The translations under genes were made by a program, and so were the position numbers. This document shows positions 42,483 to 63,000 of a stretch of 64,000 nucleotides of DNA, in pieces (the stretch's first letter is position 1; every line of letters starts with the position of its first letter). Source of the stretch: the human T2T-CHM13v2.0 reference genome, Homo sapiens; the NCBI RefSeq assembly GCF_009914755.1, contig NC_060933.1. One strand, given 5' to 3'. The notes beneath the pieces were generated by a model, which was given only the letters and a program-made list of their open reading frames with translations, was not told where the DNA came from and did no database searches.

Positions 42483-45400
42483 CGTTAGAGAGGGACAAAC
42501 TTTCAAACAACAGCGAGAGTGTCCTGAAATCCTCTGTTATGGACAAACATTCAGACCCTCGTCCCTGTTTTCTGGAAATCTACGTGAGGGAGAAACACTC
42601 AGAACCCAGCAGCAGTGTTCTGGAATCCTATGTGAGGAACAATCATTCAGACCCCAGCAGCAGTGTTCTGGAATCCTATGTGAGGAACAAACATTCAAAC
42701 AACAATGAGAGTGTTCTGGAATCTTATGTGAGGGAAAACATTCAGACACATGTTGCAGTGTTCTGGAACCCTATGTGACAGAGAGATGTTTGGACAACAG
42801 CAGCAGCGTTCTGTAATCCTATGTGAAGGGACAAACATTCAGACCCTCGTAGCAGTGTTCTGGAATCCTATGTGAGGGATAAACTTTCAGACCATAGCAG
42901 AAGTTTTCTGGAAACCTATGTGAGGAACAAACATTCAGACAATCATAGCAGTGTTCTGGAATCCCATGTGAGGAACAAACATTCAGACCCTCGTAGCAGT
43001 GTTCTGTAGTGCTGTGTGAGGGACAAACATTCAGACAATCGTATCAGGGTTCTGGAGTCCTATGTGAAGGCCAACATTCAGACCCTAGCAGCAGTGTTCA
43101 GGAATCCTATGTGAGGAACAAACAATCAGACCACAGCAGGTGTGCTCTGGAATCCTTTGTGAGGAACAAGCCTTTAGACCCTTGTAGCAGTGGTCTGGAA
43201 TGCTATGTGAGGGACAAACATTCAGACAATCATAGCAGTGTTCTGGAATCCTATGTGAGGGACAAACTTTCAGACATTTTTAGCTGTGTTGTGGAATCCT
43301 GTGTGAGGAACAAACATTCAAACAACAGCAGGAGTGTTCTGGAATCCTATGATATGAAAAAACATTCAGACCCTCGTCGCACTCTTCTGGAATTCTATGT
43401 GAGGGAGCAAAATGCAGACTCTAGCAGCAGTGTTCTGGAATCCTATGTGACGGCAATACATGTAGACCCCATCAGCATGTTCTGGAATCCTATCTGAGGG
43501 ACAATAATTTGGACCCCAGCAGCAGTGTTCTGGAACCCTATGGTAGGGCAATTATTCAGACCCTCATAGCAGTGTTGGGGAATTCTGTGTGAGGGACAAA
43601 AAATTCAGACCCTCATAGCAGTGTTCTGGAATTCTATGTGAGGGATAAACATTCATACCAGAGCAGGAGTGTTCTGGAATCCCCAACGAAGAACAAACAT
43701 TCAAACCCTTGTAGCAGTGTTCTGAAATCCTATGTGAGGGACAAACATTCAGACCCTCGTGTTAGTGTTCTGGAATCCTATGTGAGTGACAAACATTCAA
43801 ACAACAGCGGGAGTGTTCTGGAATCCTGTGTTATGGGCAAACATTCAGAACCTCGTTGTAGTGTTCTGGAATTCTGCATGAGGGAGAAATGCTCAGAACC
43901 CAGCAGCAGTGTTCTGGAATTCTATGTGACAGACATACATGTAGACACCAGCAGCAGTGTTCTGGAATCTTATGTGAAGGACAAACATTCAGAAACCAGC
44001 AGCAATGTTCTGGAATCCTATGTGAGGGAAAGTCATTCAGACCTAGTAGCAGTGTTCTGGAATTCTGCTTGAGTGACAATCATTCAGACCATCATAGCAG
44101 TGTTATGCAATCCTGTGTGAGGGACAAACATTCAGACACATCCGGAGTGATCTGGAATCCCCTGTGAGGAACAAACTTTCAGACCCTCGTGGCACTGTCC
44201 TGGAATCCTATGTGACGGACAAACATTTCCACCCCACCAGCTGTGTTCTGTAATTCTATGTGAGGGACAAACATTCAGAACCTCGAAGCAGTGTTCTGGA
44301 ATCCAATGTGAGGGACAAACGCTCATACAATTGCAGTATTGTTCTGGAATCCTGTGAGGGAAAAACAAACAACAGCAGCTGTGTTCTGGAAACCTGTATT
44401 ATGGACAAACATTCAGACACTCGTCACAGTGTTCTGGGACCCTGTATTAGAGACAAACATTCAGACAATCATAGCAGTGTTCTAGAATCTTTCGTAAGGG
44501 ACAAACATTCAGACCCCAGCAGCAGTATTCTGGAATCCTGTGTGACGGACAAACATTCAAACAACAGCAAGAGTGTTTTGGAATCCAATGTTATGGACAA
44601 ACGTTCAGAAACTCGTCGCAGTGTTCTGGAATTCTATGTGAGGGAGAAACACTCAGAACCCAGCAGCTGTGCTCTGGAACCACATGTGAGGGACAAACAT
44701 TCGGACCACAGCAGGATTGTTCTGGAATCGTATGTGAGGGACAAACACTCGGAACACAGCAGGAATGTTTTGGAATCCTATGTGAGGGACAAACATCCAG
44801 ACCCTCATAGCAGTGTTCAGGAATCCTATGTGGGGGAGAAACATTCAGACCACAGCAGGAATGTTCTGGAGTCCTAAGTGAGGAGCAAACATTAAGACCC
44901 TCATGGCAGTGTTCTGGAATCCTACGTGAGGGACAATCATTCAGACCCACGTAGCAGTGTTCTGGAATTCTGTGTGAGGGACAAACATTCAGACCCTCGT
45001 AGCAGTGTCCTGGAATCCTATTTGACAGACAATCATTCAGACCACAGCAGGAGTGTTCAGGAATCCCCTGACAGGAACGAACAATCCGACCCTCGTAACG
45101 GTGTTCTGGATTCCTATGTGAGGGAAAAACATTCAGACCCTCATAGCAGTGTTCTGGAATCTTAAGTGAGGGACAAACATTCAGACACTCATAGCAGTGT
45201 TCTGGAATCCTATGTGAGGGACAAACATTCAAATAACAGCGGGAGTGTTCTAGAATCCCATGTTACAGAAAAACATTCAGAAACTGGTCACAGTGTGCTA
45301 GAATTCGATGTGAGGGAGAAACACTCAGAACCGAGCATCAGTGTTCTGGTATCCTCTCTGACGGACATGCATGTAGACCCCAGCAGCAGTGTTCTGAAAT

Positions 45401-48400
45401 CCTATTTGAGGGACAAACATTCAAACAACAGTTAGAGTGTTCTGGAATCCTGTGTTACGGACAAGCATTCATACCCTCGAGGCAGTGTTCTGGAGTTCTA
45501 CTTTAGGGAGAAACATTAAGAACCCAGCAACAGTGTTCTGGATCCCTATGTGAGGGACAAACATTCAGATCACAGCAGGATTGCTCTAGAATCATATGTG
45601 AGGGAGAAATACTCAGAACACAGCAGGAATGTATTGGAATCTGATGTGAGGGACAAACATGCAGGCACTCGTAGCAGTGTTCAGGAATCCTATGTGAGGG
45701 ACAAACTTTCAGACCACAGCAGGAGCGTTCTGGAATCCCATGTGAGGGACAAACATTCAAACAATAGTAGCATTGTTCTAGAAACCTACTTGAGGGACAA
45801 ATATTCAGATTCCAGCAGCAGTGTTCTGGAATCTTATGTGAGGGACAAACTTTCCGGCCACAGCAGGAGTGTTCTGCAATCTTACGTGAGGAACAAACAC
45901 TCAGAACACAGCAGGAGTGTTTTGGAATCCAATGTGACAGACAAACATTCAGACACTTGTAGCAGTGTTCTGGAATCCTATGCGAGCGAGAAACACTCAG
46001 AACCCAGCAGCAGTGTTCTGGAATCCTATGTGACGGACATACATGTACACCCCAGCAGCAGAGTTCTGGAATCCTATGTGAGGGACAAGCATTCAGACCC
46101 CAGCAGCAGTATTCTGGAATCCTATGTGAGGGACTGTCATTCAGAAACTCGTAGCAGTGTTCTGGAATTCTGTGTGAGAGACAAACATTCAGAACCTCAT
46201 AGTAGTTTTCCAGAATCCTATGTGACGGACATTTAGACCCTAGCTGCAGTGTTCTGGAATGCTATGTGAGGGACAAACACTCAGAACACAGCAGGAGTAT
46301 TTTGGAATTCTATGTGAGGGACAAACATTCAGAACCTCGTAGCAGTGGTTCAGGAATCCTATGTGAGGTACAAACATTCAGATTCTTGTAACATTGTTCA
46401 GGAATGCTATGTGACGGACAAACATTTAGACCCCAGTAGCAGTGTTCTGGAATCCTTTGTGTGGGACAAACATTCACACCCTCGTAGCAGTGTTCTGGAA
46501 TCCCTTGTGAGGGACAAACACTCAGAACCCAGCAACAGTGTTCTGGAACCATATGTGAGGGACAAGCATTCACACCACAGCAGGATTGTTCTGGAATCCT
46601 ATGTGAGAGTCAAACTCACAGAACACAACAGGAGTGTTTTGGAATGCAATGTGAGGGACAAACATTCAGACCCTCGAAGCAGTGTTCAGGAATCCTATGG
46701 AAGGGACAAACATTCAGACAACCGTAGCAGTGTTCTGGTGTCCTATGTGAGGGACCAGCATTCAGACCCTCGTAGCAGTGTTCTGGAATTCTGTATGAGG
46801 GACAAACATTCATACCCTCGTAGCCGTGTTCTGAAATCCTTTGTGAGGGACACACATTGAGACCACAGCAGGAGTGTTATGGAATCTGCTGTGAGGAACA
46901 TTCAGACACTCGTAGCTTTGTTCTGGAATCCCATGTGATGGACAAACATTTATACCTCAGCAGCAGTGTTCTGGAATCCTATGTGAGGGACAAACTTTCA
47001 GAGCATCATAGCAGTGTTCTGTAATCCTAGGTGAGGGATAAACATTCTGACAATCGTAGCAGTGTACTGGAATCCTATGTGAGAGACAAACATTCAGACC
47101 CCAGCAGCAGTGTTCTGCAATGCTATGTGAGGGACAAACATTCAAACAAGAGCAGGAATGTTCTGGAATCCTATGTTATGGTCAAACATTCAGAATATTG
47201 TCTCAATTATCTGGAATTCTATGTGAGGGAGAAACACTGTGAACCCAGCAGCAGCGTTCTGGAATCCCATGTGACTGGCATACATGTAGACCCCAGCAAC
47301 TGTGTTCTGGAATCCTATGTGAGGGATAAACATTCACACCCCAGCAGCAGTGTTCTGGAATCTGATGTGACCAACAAACATTTAGAACCCAGCAGTGTTC
47401 TGGAATAATATGTGAGGGACAAACATTCAGACCCCAGCAGCAGTGTTCTGGAATCCTATGTGACCGACAAACATTTAGAACCCAGCAGCAGCATTCTGGA
47501 ATCCTATTTGAGGGACAAACATTCAGACCCTCGTAGCAGTGTTCTGGAATATTATGTGAAGGCAAAATATTCAGACAATCGTAGCAGTGTTCTGGAATCC
47601 TATGTTAGGGACAAACTTTGAGACCCCAGCAGCAGTGTTCTGGAATCCAACGTGAGGGACAAACATTCAAAGAAGAGCGTGAGTTTTCTGGAGTCCTATG
47701 TTATGAACAACATTCATACCCTCATCGCAGTGTTCTGGAATTCTATGTGAGGGAGAAACACATAGAACCCAACAGCAGTGTTCTGGAATCCTATGTGACA
47801 GACATACATGTAGTCCCCAGAAGCAGTGTTCTGGAATCCTACTTGAGGGACAAACATTCAAACAACAGCATGAGTGTTTTTGAATCCTATGTTACCGACA
47901 AACATTCAGAACCTCGTCACAGTGTTCTAGAGTTCTATGTTAGGGAGAAACATTCAGAACTCAGCAGCAGTTATCAGCAACCCTGTGTGTGTGACAAACA
48001 TTCAGACAATAGCAGGACTGTTCTAGAATTCTATGTGAGGGACAAACACTCAGAACACAGTAGGAGTGTTTTGGAATCTGATGTGAGGGACAAACATTCA
48101 TACTTTCGTAGCAGAGTTCAGGAATCCTTTCTGAGGGCCAAACATTCAGAACACAGCAGAAGTGTTCTGGAATCCCATGTGAGGGACAAATATTCAGACC
48201 CTCGTAGCACTGTTCTGGAATCCTATGTGAGGGACCAGCATTCATACAATCGTAGCATTTTTCTGGAATCCTATGTGAGGGAAAAACAGTCAAACAACAG
48301 CGAGACTGTTTGGGAAACCTATGTTTCAGACAAACATTCAGACCCTCTTCGCAGTGTTCTTTAATCATATGTGGGGGACAAACATTCATACAATCGTAGC

Positions 48401-50223
48401 ATTTTTCTGGAATCCTCTGTGAGGGACAAACATTCAAACAACAGAGGGAAAGCCCTGGAGTCCTAAGTAACAGAAAAACTTTCAGACCCTCATATCAGTG
48501 TTCTGAAATTCCAAGTGAGGGAGAAACACTCAGAACCCAGCAGCTGTGTTCTGGAATCCATTGTGACGGACTTACAAGTGGACCCCAGCAGCCGTATTCT
48601 GGAATCCTATGTGTGGCACAAACATTGAGACCCCAGCAGCCGTGTTCTGGAATCCTATGTGAGGGACAGTCATTCAGACCCTCGAAGCAGTGTTCTGGTA
48701 CTCTGCATGAGGGACAAACATTCAGACCCTCATAGCAGCGTTCTGGAATCCTATGTGAGGGACAAACTTTCAGACAATCGTAGCAGTGTTCTGGAATCCT
48801 ATGTGAGCGACAAACTTTCAGACAATCGTAGCTGTGTTCTGGAATCCTATGTGAGAGACAAACATTCAGACATTGGTAGCAGTGTTCTGGAATTCTATGT
48901 AAGGGAGAAACATTCAGAACCTCGTAGCAGTGTTCTGGAATCCTGTGTGAGGGACACACATTCAGACAACAACAGGAGTGTTCTGAAAAACCCTTTGAGG
49001 AACAAACATTCATAACCTCGTAGCAGTGTTCTAGAATCCTGTGTGACAGACAAACATTATGACTCCAACAGCTCTGTTCTGGAACCCTTTGTGAGGAAAA
49101 ACATTCAGACCCTCGTAGCAGTGTTCTGGAATCCTGTGTGAGGGACAAACTTTCAGACATCAGCAGAAGTGTTCTGGAATCCTATGTGAGGGACAAACAT
49201 TCAAACAACAGCGAGAGTGTGCTGGAATACTATGTTACAGAAAACCATTCAGAAATTCTTCGCAGTGTTCTGGAATTCTATGTGAGTGAGAAACACTGAG
49301 AACCCAGCAGCAGTGACCCTATGTGAGGGACAAACAGAACACAGCAGGGGCATTTTGGAATCCTATGTGAGCAACAAACATTCAGAATCTCGTAGTAGTG
49401 TTCAGTAATCCCATGTGAAGTACAAATATTCAGAACACAGCAGGAGTATTATGGAATCCTGTGTGAGGGACAAACATTCAGACTCTCATAGCAATGTTCC
49501 AGAAACCTATGTGAGGGACAATCTTTAAGACAATCTTTGCAGTGTTCTGGAATCCTAAGTGAGGGACATACACTCACACCCCAGCAGTAGTGTTCTGGAA
49601 TCCTATGGGAGGGACAAAAATTCAAACAACTGCAGGAGTGTTCTGGAATCCCCTGTGAGGGACAAACATTAAGACGGTTGTAGCTGTGTTCTGGAATCCT
49701 ATGTGAGGAATGAACATTCAGACCATCATAGCAGTGTTCTGGATTCCTGTGTGAGTGATAAACATTCAGACCAAATCTGCAGTGTTCTGGAATCCTATGT
49801 AAGAGACAAACATTCAGACCCTCATAGCAGTGTTCTGGAATCCTACGTAACGGACATTCAGATAATTGTAGCAGTTTCCTGGAAACCTCTGTGAAGGACA
49901 AACTTTCAGACCTTAATAGCAGTGTTATGGAATTCCATGTGAGGCACAAACATTCAGACAATCCTAGCAATGTTCTGGAATCCTATGTGAGGGACAAACA
50001 TTCAGACCCCAGCAGCAATGTTCTGGAATCCTATGGGAGGGACAAACTCTCAGAAAATAGCAAGAGTATTTTGGAATCCTATCTGAGGTATAAACACTCA
50101 GAACCTCATAGCAGTGTTCAGGAATCCTATGTGAGGGACAAACATTCAGACCACAGCAGGAGCATTCTAGAATCCTATTTGAGGAACAAACATTCAGACA
50201 ATCGTAGCAGTGTTCTGGAATCC
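42483..50223 (+). repeat. CER (48-bp, D22Z3-type) satellite, block 1 (~160 monomers)
   Basis: Tandem diverged 48-mers, consensus ~ gttctggaatcctatgtgagggacaaacattcagaccccagcagcagt. Confidence 0.9.
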
Positions 50224-50904
50224 TTTTTTTTTTTTTTAGCTTTTCATTTTTTTATTATACTTTAAGTTTTAGGGTACATGTGCACAACGTGCAGGTTTGT
50301 TACATATGTATACATGTGCCATGTTGGTGTGCTGCACCCATTAACTCGTCATTTAACATTAGGTATATCTCCTGATGCTATCCCTCCCTGCTTCCCCCAA
50401 CCCACAACAGTCCCCGGTGTGTGATATTCCCCTTCCTGTGTCCATGTGTTCTCATTGTTCAATTCCCACCTATGAGTGAGAACATGTGGTGTTTGTTTTT
50501 TTGTGCTTGCAATAGTTTGCTGAGAATGATGGTTTCCAGCTTCATCCATGTCCCTACAAAGGACATGAACTCATCATGTTTTATGGCTGCACAGTATCCC
50601 ATGCTGCACATGTGCCACATTTTCTTAATCCAGTCTATCATTGTTGGACATATGTGTTGGTTGCAAGTCTTTGCTAATGTGAATAGTGCTGCAATAAACA
50701 TATGTGTGGATGTGTCTTTATAGCAGCATGATTTATAATCCTTTGGGTATATACCCAGTAATGGGATGGCTGGGTCAAATGGTATTTCTAGTTCTAGATC
50801 CCTGAGGAGTTGCCACACTGACTTCCAGAATGGTTGAACTGGTCCCACCAACAGTGTAAAAGTGTTCCTATTTCCCTACATCCTCTCCAGCACCTGTTGT
50901 TTCC

Positions 50905-50905
<1 letters not shown>
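50224..50905 (-). mobile_element. L1 3'-end fragment (~680 bp, L1PA4/5-like) with own poly(A)
   Basis: T-run at 50224-50237, 3' UTR, ORF2 C-terminus (50459-50851). Confidence 0.9.
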
Positions 50906-57056
<6,151 letters not shown>

Positions 57057-60000
57057 AGTGTTCTGGAATCCCATGTGATGGGCAAACATTCAGACAATCG
57101 TAGCAGTGTTCTGGAATTCTATGTGATGCACAAACATTCGGAACCTCATCACAGAGTGCTGGAATTCTATGTGAGGTAGAAACATTCAAACCCTTGTAGC
57201 AGTGTTCTGGAATCCTGTGTGAGGGGTAAACATTCAGACCGAAGCAGGAGTGTTCTGGAAACCCCTGTGGGGAACAAACATTCATAACCTCATAGCAATG
57301 TTCTGGAATCCTATGTGATGAACAAACATTTAGACTCCAGCAGCGGTGTTCTGGAATCCTATGTGAGGGAGAAACACTAAGTACACAGTACGAGTGTTTT
57401 GGAATCCTACGTGAGGGACAAACATTCATACCCTCTTAGCAGTGTTCTGGAATCCTATGTGAGGGACAAACATTCAGACCACAGCAGGATTGTTCTGGAA
57501 TCCTTTGTGAGGGACAAACACTCAGACTACAGCAAGAGTGTTTTGGATTCCTATGTGAGAGAAAAACATTCAGAGCATCATAGCAGTGTTCTGGAATTCC
57601 TTATGAGGGACAAACTTTCACAACCTCATAGCAGTGTTCTGGAATCCTATGTGAGGGACAAACATTCAGATCAAGTCAGGAGTGTTCTTGAATCCCCTGT
57701 GTGGAACAAACATTCAGACCCTCCTATCAGCGTCCTGGAATCCTATGTGAAGGAAAATCATTCAAACAAGGGCGGGAGTGTTCTGGAATCCTATGTTATG
57801 CACAAACATTCAGACCCTAGTCACAGTTTTCTGGAATTCTATGTGAGGGAGAAACAATGAGTACCTAGCAGCAGTGTTCTGGAATGCTCTGTGACGGACA
57901 AACACTCAGAACCTAGCAGCAGTGTTCTGGAACCCTATGTGAGGGACAAACAATCAGACCACAGCAGGATTGTTCTGGAATCCTATGTGAGGGAGAAACA
58001 CTCAGAAAAAAGCATTAGTGTATTGCAATCCTATGGGAGGGACAACATTTAGACCCTTGTAGCAGAGTTCTGGAATCCAGTGTGAGGGACAAACATTCAG
58101 ACCACTGCAGGATGGTTCAGGAATCCTATCTGAGGGACAAACATGCAGACCCTCACAGCAGTGTTCTGGAATCCTACATGAGGGATAAACATTCAGACCA
58201 TCGTAGTAGTGTTCTGGAATCCTGTGTGAGAGACAACCGTTCAGACCCAAGAAGAAGTGTTCTGCAATCCTATGTGAGAGACAAACATTCTAACAACAGC
58301 TGGAGTGTTCTGGAGTCCTATGTTACGGACAAACATTCAGACCCCTGTTGCAGTCTTCTGCAAATCTATGTGAGGTAGAAACACTCAGAACCCAGCAGTA
58401 GGGTTCTGGAATCGTATGTGAGGGACAATCACTCAGATCAAAGCAGGAGTGTTTTGGAATCTTATGTGAGGGACAAACATTAATACCCTCTTAGCAGTGT
58501 TCTGGAATCCTGTTTAGGGACAAACATTCAGACCCTCGTCACCATGTTCTTTATTTCTACATGAGGGAGTAACACTCAGAACCCAGTGGCAGTGTCATGG
58601 AATCCTATGTGATGGACATACATGTAAACCCCTGCAGCAGTGTTCTGGAATCCTGTGTGAGGGACAAACATTCAGAAACCAGCAACAGTGTTATGGAATC
58701 CTATGTAAGGGACAATCATTCAGACCCTCGTAGCAGTGATCTGGAATTCTGTTTGAGGGACAAAATTCAGAACCCAGTAGCAGTGTTCTGGAATCCTGTG
58801 TGAGGGACAAACATTCAGACACCAGCAGCAGAGTTCTGGAAAAGTATGAGAGGGCCAATCTTTCAGACACTCATAGCAGTGTTCTGGAATTCTTTGTTAG
58901 GGACAAACATTGAGACCTGCGTAGCATTGTTCTGGATTCCTTTGTGAGGGACAAACATTCAGACCACAGCAGGAGTGTTCTGGAATCCACTGTGAAGAAC
59001 AAACATTCAGAACCTCTTAGCAGTGTTCTGGAATCCTGTGATGGATAAATATTTATATCTGACGAGCAGTGTTCTGAAATCCTAGGTGAGTGACATTCAG
59101 ACAATCATAGCAGATTCTGGAATACTATGTATGGGACAAACATTCAGACACAAGTAGCAGTGTTCTGGAATGCTATGTGCAGGACAAACATTTAAACAAC
59201 ATCGAGAGTGTTACGGAATCTTATTTTACGGATGAACATTCAGACCCTCGTCGTACTGTTCTGGAATTCTATGTGAGGGAGAATCACTCATAACACTGCC
59301 GCAGTTCTCTGTAACCCTATGTATGGGACAAACCTTCAGAACACAGCAGGATTGTTCTGGAATCCTATGTGAGGGACAAACACTCAGAACACAGCAGGAG
59401 TGTTTTGGAATCCTACGTGGGAAACATACATTCAGACCCTCATAGCTGTGTTCTGGAATCCTATCTGAAGGATAAATATTTATATTCGAGGAGCAGTGTT
59501 CTGAAATCCTAGGTGAGGGACAAACATTCAGAACCTAGCAGTGCTCTGGAATCCTATGTGAGGGACAAACCTTCAGACAATCATAGCAGATTCTGGAATA
59601 CTATGTGTGGGACAAACATTCAGACACCAGTAGCAGTGTTCTGGAATGCTATGTGTGGGACAAACATTTAAACAACATAGAGAGTGTTATGGAATCCTAT
59701 TTTATGGACGAACATTCAGACCCTCGTCGTAGTGTTCTGGAATTCTATGTGAGGGAGAATCACTCATAACACTGCAGCAGTGTTCTGGAACCCTATGTAT
59801 GGGACAAACCTTCAGAACACAGCAGGATTGTTCTGGAATCCTATGTGAGGGACAAACACTCAGAACACAGCAGGAGTGTTTTGGAATCCTATGTGGGGGA
59901 CAAACATTCAGACCCTCATAGCAGTGCTCAGGAATCCTATGTGAGGGACAAACATACAGACCACAGCAGGATTGTTCTGGAATCCTATGTGACGGACAAA

Positions 60001-63000
60001 CATTCAGACCCTCGTTGCAGTGTTCCGGAATCCTATGTGAGCAACAAACAGTCAGACAATCGTGGTAGTGTTCTGGAATCCTAAGTGAGGGACAAACATT
60101 CAGACCCCAGCAGCAGTGTTCTGGAATCCTATGTGAGGGAGAAACACTCAGAATACAGCAGGAATATTTGGCATCCTATGAGACGGACAATCATTGAGAA
60201 CCTCATAGCAGTGTTCTGGAATCCTATGTGAGGGAGAAACATTCAGAACACAGCAGGAGGGTTTTGGGACCCTATGTGAGGAATGAACATTCTCACCACA
60301 GCAGGATTGTTCTGGAATCCTATGTGAGGGACAAACACTCAGAACACAGCAGGAATATTTTGGAATCCTATGTGAGGGACAAACATTCATACCCTCTTAG
60401 CAGTGTTCAGTAATCCTATGTGAGGGACAAACATTCAGACCACAGCAGGAGTGTTCTGGAATCCTGCGTGAGGGACAAACATTCAGACACTCTCAGCAGT
60501 GTTCTGGAATCCTATACGAGTTATGAACATTCAAACAACAGCGGGAGTGTTCTGCAATCCTATGTTACGGACAAACATTCTGACCCTCGTCACAGTTTTC
60601 TGGAATTCTGTATGAGGGAGAAGCACTCAGAAACCAGCAGCAGTTTTCTGGAATCCTATGTGAGGGACAAACATTCAGACTCCAGCAGCAGTGTTCTGGA
60701 ATGCTATGTGAGGGAAAATCATTCAGACCCTCATAGCGGTGTTCTGGAATTCTGTGTGAGGGACAAAAATTCAGAGCCTCATAGGAGTGTTCTGGACTCC
60801 TGTGTGAGGGACAAATATTCACAACACAACAGAAGTGTTCTGGAATCCCCTGTAAGGAATAAACATTCAGAGCCTCGTGGCAGTGTTCTGGAGTCCTATG
60901 TGAGGGACAAACACTCAGACCCCAGTAGCAGTGTTCTGGAGTCCTATGTGAGGGACAAACGTTCAAACAACAGTGAGAGTGTTCCGGAATGCTATGTTAC
61001 GGAGAAACATTCAGACTCTTGTTGCAGTGTTCTGGAGTTCTATGTGAGGGAGATACATTCAGAACCCAGCAGCAGGGATCTGGAACCCCATGTGACGGCC
61101 ATACATGTAGACCCCAGCAGCAGTGTTCTGGAATCCTATGTGAGGGACAAACATTCAGACCCCAGCAGCAGTGTTTTGGAATCCTATGTGTGTGTGACAA
61201 ATATTCAGACCCTTGTAGCAGTGTTCCAGAATCCTATGTGAGGGACAAACACTGAGAATCTAGCAGCAGTGTTCTGCAACCCTCTATGAGGGACAGACAT
61301 TCAGACCACAACAGGAGTGTTCTGGAATCCTATATGAGGGACAAACATTCAGACAATCGTAGCAGTGTTCTGGAATCCTATGTGAGGGACAAACATTCAG
61401 ACAATTGTAGCAGTGTTCTAGAGTCCTAAGTGAGGGAAGAACATTCAGACCCTCGTATCACTGTTCTGGATCCTAAGTGAGGGACAAACATTCAGACCAC
61501 AGCAGAGTGTTCTGGAATCCACAGTGAGGGACAAACTTTCAGACCCTCGTGGCAGTGTTCTGGAATCCTATGGAGTGGCAAACATTCAGACAATTGTAGC
61601 AGGGTTCTGGAATCCTGTGTGACGAAAAAACCTTCAGACTCAAGCAGCAGTGTTCTGGAATCCTATGTGAGGGACAAACATTCAAACAACAGCAGGAGTC
61701 TTCTGGAATCCTATGTTACGGACAAATATTCAGACCCTCGTCGCAGTCTTCTGGAATTCTATGTGAGGGAGGAACACTCAGAATCCTGCAGCATTGTTCT
61801 GGAATCCCATGTGACGGACATACATGTAGACCCCTGCAGCCGTGTTCTGGAATCCTATGTGAGGGACAAATATTCAGAACCCAGCAGCAGTGTTCTGGAG
61901 TCCCATGTGAGGGACAATCATTCAGACCATCGTAGCACTGTTCTGGAATTCTGTGTGAGGGACAAACATTCACACTCTCGTAGCAGTGTTCTGGAATCCT
62001 AAGTGACGGACAAGCATTTAGACCTCAGCAGAAGTATTCTGGAATCCTATGTAAGTTACAAACATTGAAACAACAGCGGGAGTGTTCTGGAATCCTTTAT
62101 TGCAAACAAACTTTCAGACCCTCGTCGCAGTGCTCTGGAGTTCTATGTGAGGGAGAAAGACTCAGAACCCAGCAGCAGTGCTCTGGAATCCTATGTGACA
62201 GACACACATGTATACCCCAGCAGCAGTGTTCTGGAATCCTATGTGAGGGACAAACATTCAAACAACAGTGGGAGTGTTCTGGAATCCTATGTTACAGACA
62301 AACATTCAGGCTCTCATCACAGTGTTCTAGAATGCTATGTGAGGGAGAAACACCCAGAACCCAGCAGCAGTGTTCTGAAATCCTATGTGACAGACATACA
62401 TGAAGACCCCAGAAGCAGTGCTGTGGAACGCTATGTGAGGAATATTCATTCAGACCCCAGCAGCAGTGTTCTGGAATACTGTGTGAGGGACAATCATTGG
62501 GAACCTCGTATCAGTGTTCTGGAATTCTGTGTGAGGGACAAACTTTCAGACCACAGCAGGAGTGTTCTGGAATCCTATGTGATGGACAAACACTCAGAAG
62601 ACAGCTGGACTATTTTGCAATCCTATGTGAGAGACAATCATTCAGACCCTCGTAGCAGTGTTCTGGAGTCCTGTGTGAGGAACAAGCATTCAGACCACAG
62701 CAGGAGTATTCTGGAATCCCCTCTGAAGAACAAACATTCAGGCTATCGTAGCAGTGTTCTGGAATCCTGTGTGACTGACAAACATTGAGACCCCAGCAGC
62801 AGTGTTCTGGAGTGTTATGTGAGGGACAAACATTCAGACACTAGTAGCAGTGTTCTGGAATCCTGTGTGAGGGACAAACACTCAGAACCCAGCAGCATTT
62901 TTCTGGGTCCCTATATGAGGGACAAACACTCGGAACACAGCTTCAGTGTTTTGCAATCCTATGTGAGGGACAAACATTCAGACCCTCGTAGAAGTGTTCT

